From IMG/VR virus record IMGVR_UViG_3300025592_000048: a DNA stretch of 28,431 nucleotides, one strand, 5' to 3'. Source of the DNA: a virus. Of this stretch, positions 26,329 to 28,431 are shown one piece after another. Numbering within the stretch: position 1 is the stretch's first letter; each line of letters starts with the position of its first letter. The notes beneath the pieces were generated by a model. The model was given only the letters and a program-made list of their open reading frames with translations, was not told the origin of the DNA and ran no database searches. The translations under genes were made by a program, and so were the position numbers.

Positions 26329-26792
26329 TGCCTAAACAAGTATATACTTGGGGTAAGGTAACTGCTGGAGATATTATATCATTTAGATATAAAGGTAAAA
26401 AACCAACCAGTACATTAACCACTTTACTTGTTTTAAATCCTCGAATACCATATACACGAAAAGATAAAACAAAAACTTTTCATTTAGTTGGATTAAAGTT
26501 AGAAGCTCTAGGAAATGTTCCAACAATTAAGGCTAAACCTATGTTAGTACAGTTATTAGAACGAGTAGGTAATATACAAGTTGTTAGTGGTGATGATGAA
26601 ATCTATAGAATAGAAATACAAGGAACAGGTCCACGTGGTGTTAGACGAGCCGCTTATAATAAAATAAAACAATATATAAATAAACACGCTGTGTATAGAA
26701 CATACGATTATAAAGAAGCTAAAAAATCTGGAGTATTTTTAGAACCAATAAAATTACCAAAACCATTAGTAGAGGTATTAGTTGAAAATTAG
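26328..26792 (+). CDS. Hypothetical protein
   Basis: 154 aa basic ORF, TAATG-coupled; no confident motif. Confidence 0.7.
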   Translation: MPKQVYTWGKVTAGDIISFRYKGKKPTSTLTTLLVLNPRIPYTRKDKTKTFHLVGLKLEALGNVPTIKAKPMLVQLLERVGNIQVVSGDDEIYRIEIQGTGPRGVRRAAYNKIKQYINKHAVYRTYDYKEAKKSGVFLEPIKLPKPLVEVLVEN

Positions 26793-27459
26793 TTATGGTA
26801 TTACAGTTCACAACGAAGCCGATGAATTAAATAAGTTATTGGGAATTCTCATACACAAAACAGATGTAGAAGATGAGATAGTTATATGTGTTGACGGTGA
26901 TGATAAAGAAGTAGATAAAGTTATAACGAGTTGGGTTCAACAATATGCAAGTGATGATGTAGATAAAATAAAAGACATCATAGTATATAACAGAAAACTC
27001 GATGGTAATTTTGCAGCTCATAAAAATTCAGTTATAGAAAAATCAAGTGGTGATTACATCTTTCACATAGATGCTGATGAATACCCAAATGAAACATTGT
27101 TAGAACAACTAAAACAAATAATAGAAATGAATGATGGTGTTGATTTAATTTGGATACCACGTGTAAATACAGTTGAAGGTATGACTCAAGAACATATTCA
27201 AAAATGGGGTTGGAGAGTTACAGAAAACGGTTGGGTAAACTATCCTGATTATCAAGCTAGAGTATTTCGTAGAGATAAAAGTATTAGATGGACTCGACCA
27301 CTACACGAAGTAATAACAGGTTGTAAAACATATTCACACTTGCCACCATATGAAGAGTTAAGTTTATACCACCCAAAAACAATACAAAAACAAGAACAAC
27401 AGAATATGTTTTATATTGATAATTTTAGTAAAGACTTATTAGTAAGAAAAGGTCAGTAG
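26782..27459 (+). CDS. Glycosyltransferase family 2 (GT-A fold)
   Basis: ISYGITVHNE, VICVDG, NFAAHKN, YIFHIDADE (DxD), YPDYQARVFR...W...LHE. Confidence 0.9.
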   Translation: MKISYGITVHNEADELNKLLGILIHKTDVEDEIVICVDGDDKEVDKVITSWVQQYASDDVDKIKDIIVYNRKLDGNFAAHKNSVIEKSSGDYIFHIDADEYPNETLLEQLKQIIEMNDGVDLIWIPRVNTVEGMTQEHIQKWGWRVTENGWVNYPDYQARVFRRDKSIRWTRPLHEVITGCKTYSHLPPYEELSLYHPKTIQKQEQQNMFYIDNFSKDLLVRKGQ

Positions 27460-27460
27460 T

Positions 27461-28186
27461 ATGAAGAATGTATATGTGTATAATATAGTATCTGATAAAA
27501 AAAGATATGATGACGAATTGTTATTTAACTACTTCAGAGCACAAGTTGATAATAGTTTGAGATTAGGTTGGGATAGAAAAGATATCATTATAGGTACTAA
27601 CTTTAGTTTTGAACATAATGGTGTAAGTAACATACAACTTGAGAATATATGCGAAACAAATATATTTAACAATAAATGGTATGGTATGCTAGAGTTAATG
27701 CAAATGGGTTATATTGATGATGACTTTTGGTTTCACGACCAAGATTCTTGGCAAATAAATAAAATAGAGTTTCCTGAATTTAAAGGCCAGATAGGTGGGT
27801 GTACATATGTGTATACACCAGAGTGGAACACGTGTTCAATGTTTCTAAAGAAGTCTTCAGAATATATTATAGATTATATTGTTCAGTTTATGGAGATGAA
27901 TGAGAATCAAAACTTTTATAGTGATGAAAATTTCATTGCAATCTTGAGACAAAATAGTGAAATAATAAATGAGTTAACAACAATCAATAATAAATACAAT
28001 GTTGGTTTAACTCATATGGAGAAAAGATATCAAGCAGCAGAAAAACCAGTATGTTCATTAGGATTTCAACCACACGTTCAAAGTTCTTGGGATGTCTTTA
28101 TTGAAGGGAAAAATGAATTAAATCTAAAACTAATTGATGATGAGATGTTAGAGTTATTTAAAAAATATAATTTAGTACCGGAGTAA
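27461..28186 (+). CDS. Putative GT-A fold nucleotide-sugar transferase
   Basis: FWFHDQDSW (DxD), WNTCSMFLK and SDENF echo GT8/GT34-like motifs; sits in the GT cluster. Confidence 0.5.
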   Translation: MKNVYVYNIVSDKKRYDDELLFNYFRAQVDNSLRLGWDRKDIIIGTNFSFEHNGVSNIQLENICETNIFNNKWYGMLELMQMGYIDDDFWFHDQDSWQINKIEFPEFKGQIGGCTYVYTPEWNTCSMFLKKSSEYIIDYIVQFMEMNENQNFYSDENFIAILRQNSEIINELTTINNKYNVGLTHMEKRYQAAEKPVCSLGFQPHVQSSWDVFIEGKNELNLKLIDDEMLELFKKYNLVPE

Positions 28187-28188
28187 TA

Positions 28189-28431
28189 ATGGAAAAAGTT
28201 GTAATATTTGGACCTTGGTGTGGAGAGTTTAGTTACGAATTAAGTTGGTGGAATCCAGGTATAAGAAAAATACGAAAAGAAGATTTTTCTGAGTATCGAG
28301 CTGTTCATCTTGGATTCAAAGGTAGAAGAGCTATGTATAAAGATTTCATAGATGATTATGTATCGTATCCAAAAGATATTGAAGATACACTAAAGTATCC
28401 AGCAGCTGGTGGTCAACACATAATTGATGTG
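28189..28431 (+). CDS. Partial gene (81 codons, MEKVVIFGPWCGEFSYELSWWNPGIRK...), possibly glycan-related
   Basis: ATG at 28189, open to the window end; assignment by context only. Confidence 0.55.
   Translation, partial: MEKVVIFGPWCGEFSYELSWWNPGIRKIRKEDFSEYRAVHLGFKGRRAMYKDFIDDYVSYPKDIEDTLKYPAAGGQHIIDV

Noticed and set aside
1-28431. Stop-codon reassignment
   Set aside because: Code 11 ORFs tile the window almost completely, and TAA, TGA and TAG all act as sensible gene ends.
1-28431. tRNA, rRNA, integrase, transposase or reverse transcriptase genes
   Set aside because: Intergenic gaps are all short (about 110 nt or less) with no cloverleaf, and no ORF shows the relevant motifs.

Overview
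AT-rich 28.4 kb fragment of a large tailed dsDNA phage, most likely a contractile-tailed virus with a T4-superfamily-style replisome. Every credible gene is on the + strand, tightly packed with ATGA/TAATG overlaps, in the standard genetic code. Order: (1) end of a baseplate module (tube-fold protein, LysM wedge protein, large hub-like protein, unknown); (2) a 29-codon ORF that looks like an internally deleted thyX, a compact and highly divergent family A polymerase, a PD-(D/E)XK-like protein and a hypothetical; (3) a replication/recombination cluster (gp32-like SSB, RecA/UvsX, 5'-3' exonuclease, DnaB/gp41 helicase, class II RNR, family B polymerase, sliding clamp, two clamp-loader subunits); (4) DUF1599, Cas4/RecB-like nuclease, SLOG protein and an RHH protein; (5) a glycosyltransferase cluster running off the right end. 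The best lead is the nearly thumbless PolA with an Glu-to-His change at the steric gate, sitting beside a complete PolB replisome with no primase in the window. Other leads are the thyX remnant, a duplicated promoter containing a dyad, a three-way-junction RNA candidate before recA, a dual-coding overlap, a twin EF-hand membrane microprotein and apparent GATC avoidance. All family assignments are from motif recognition by eye; no searches were run.
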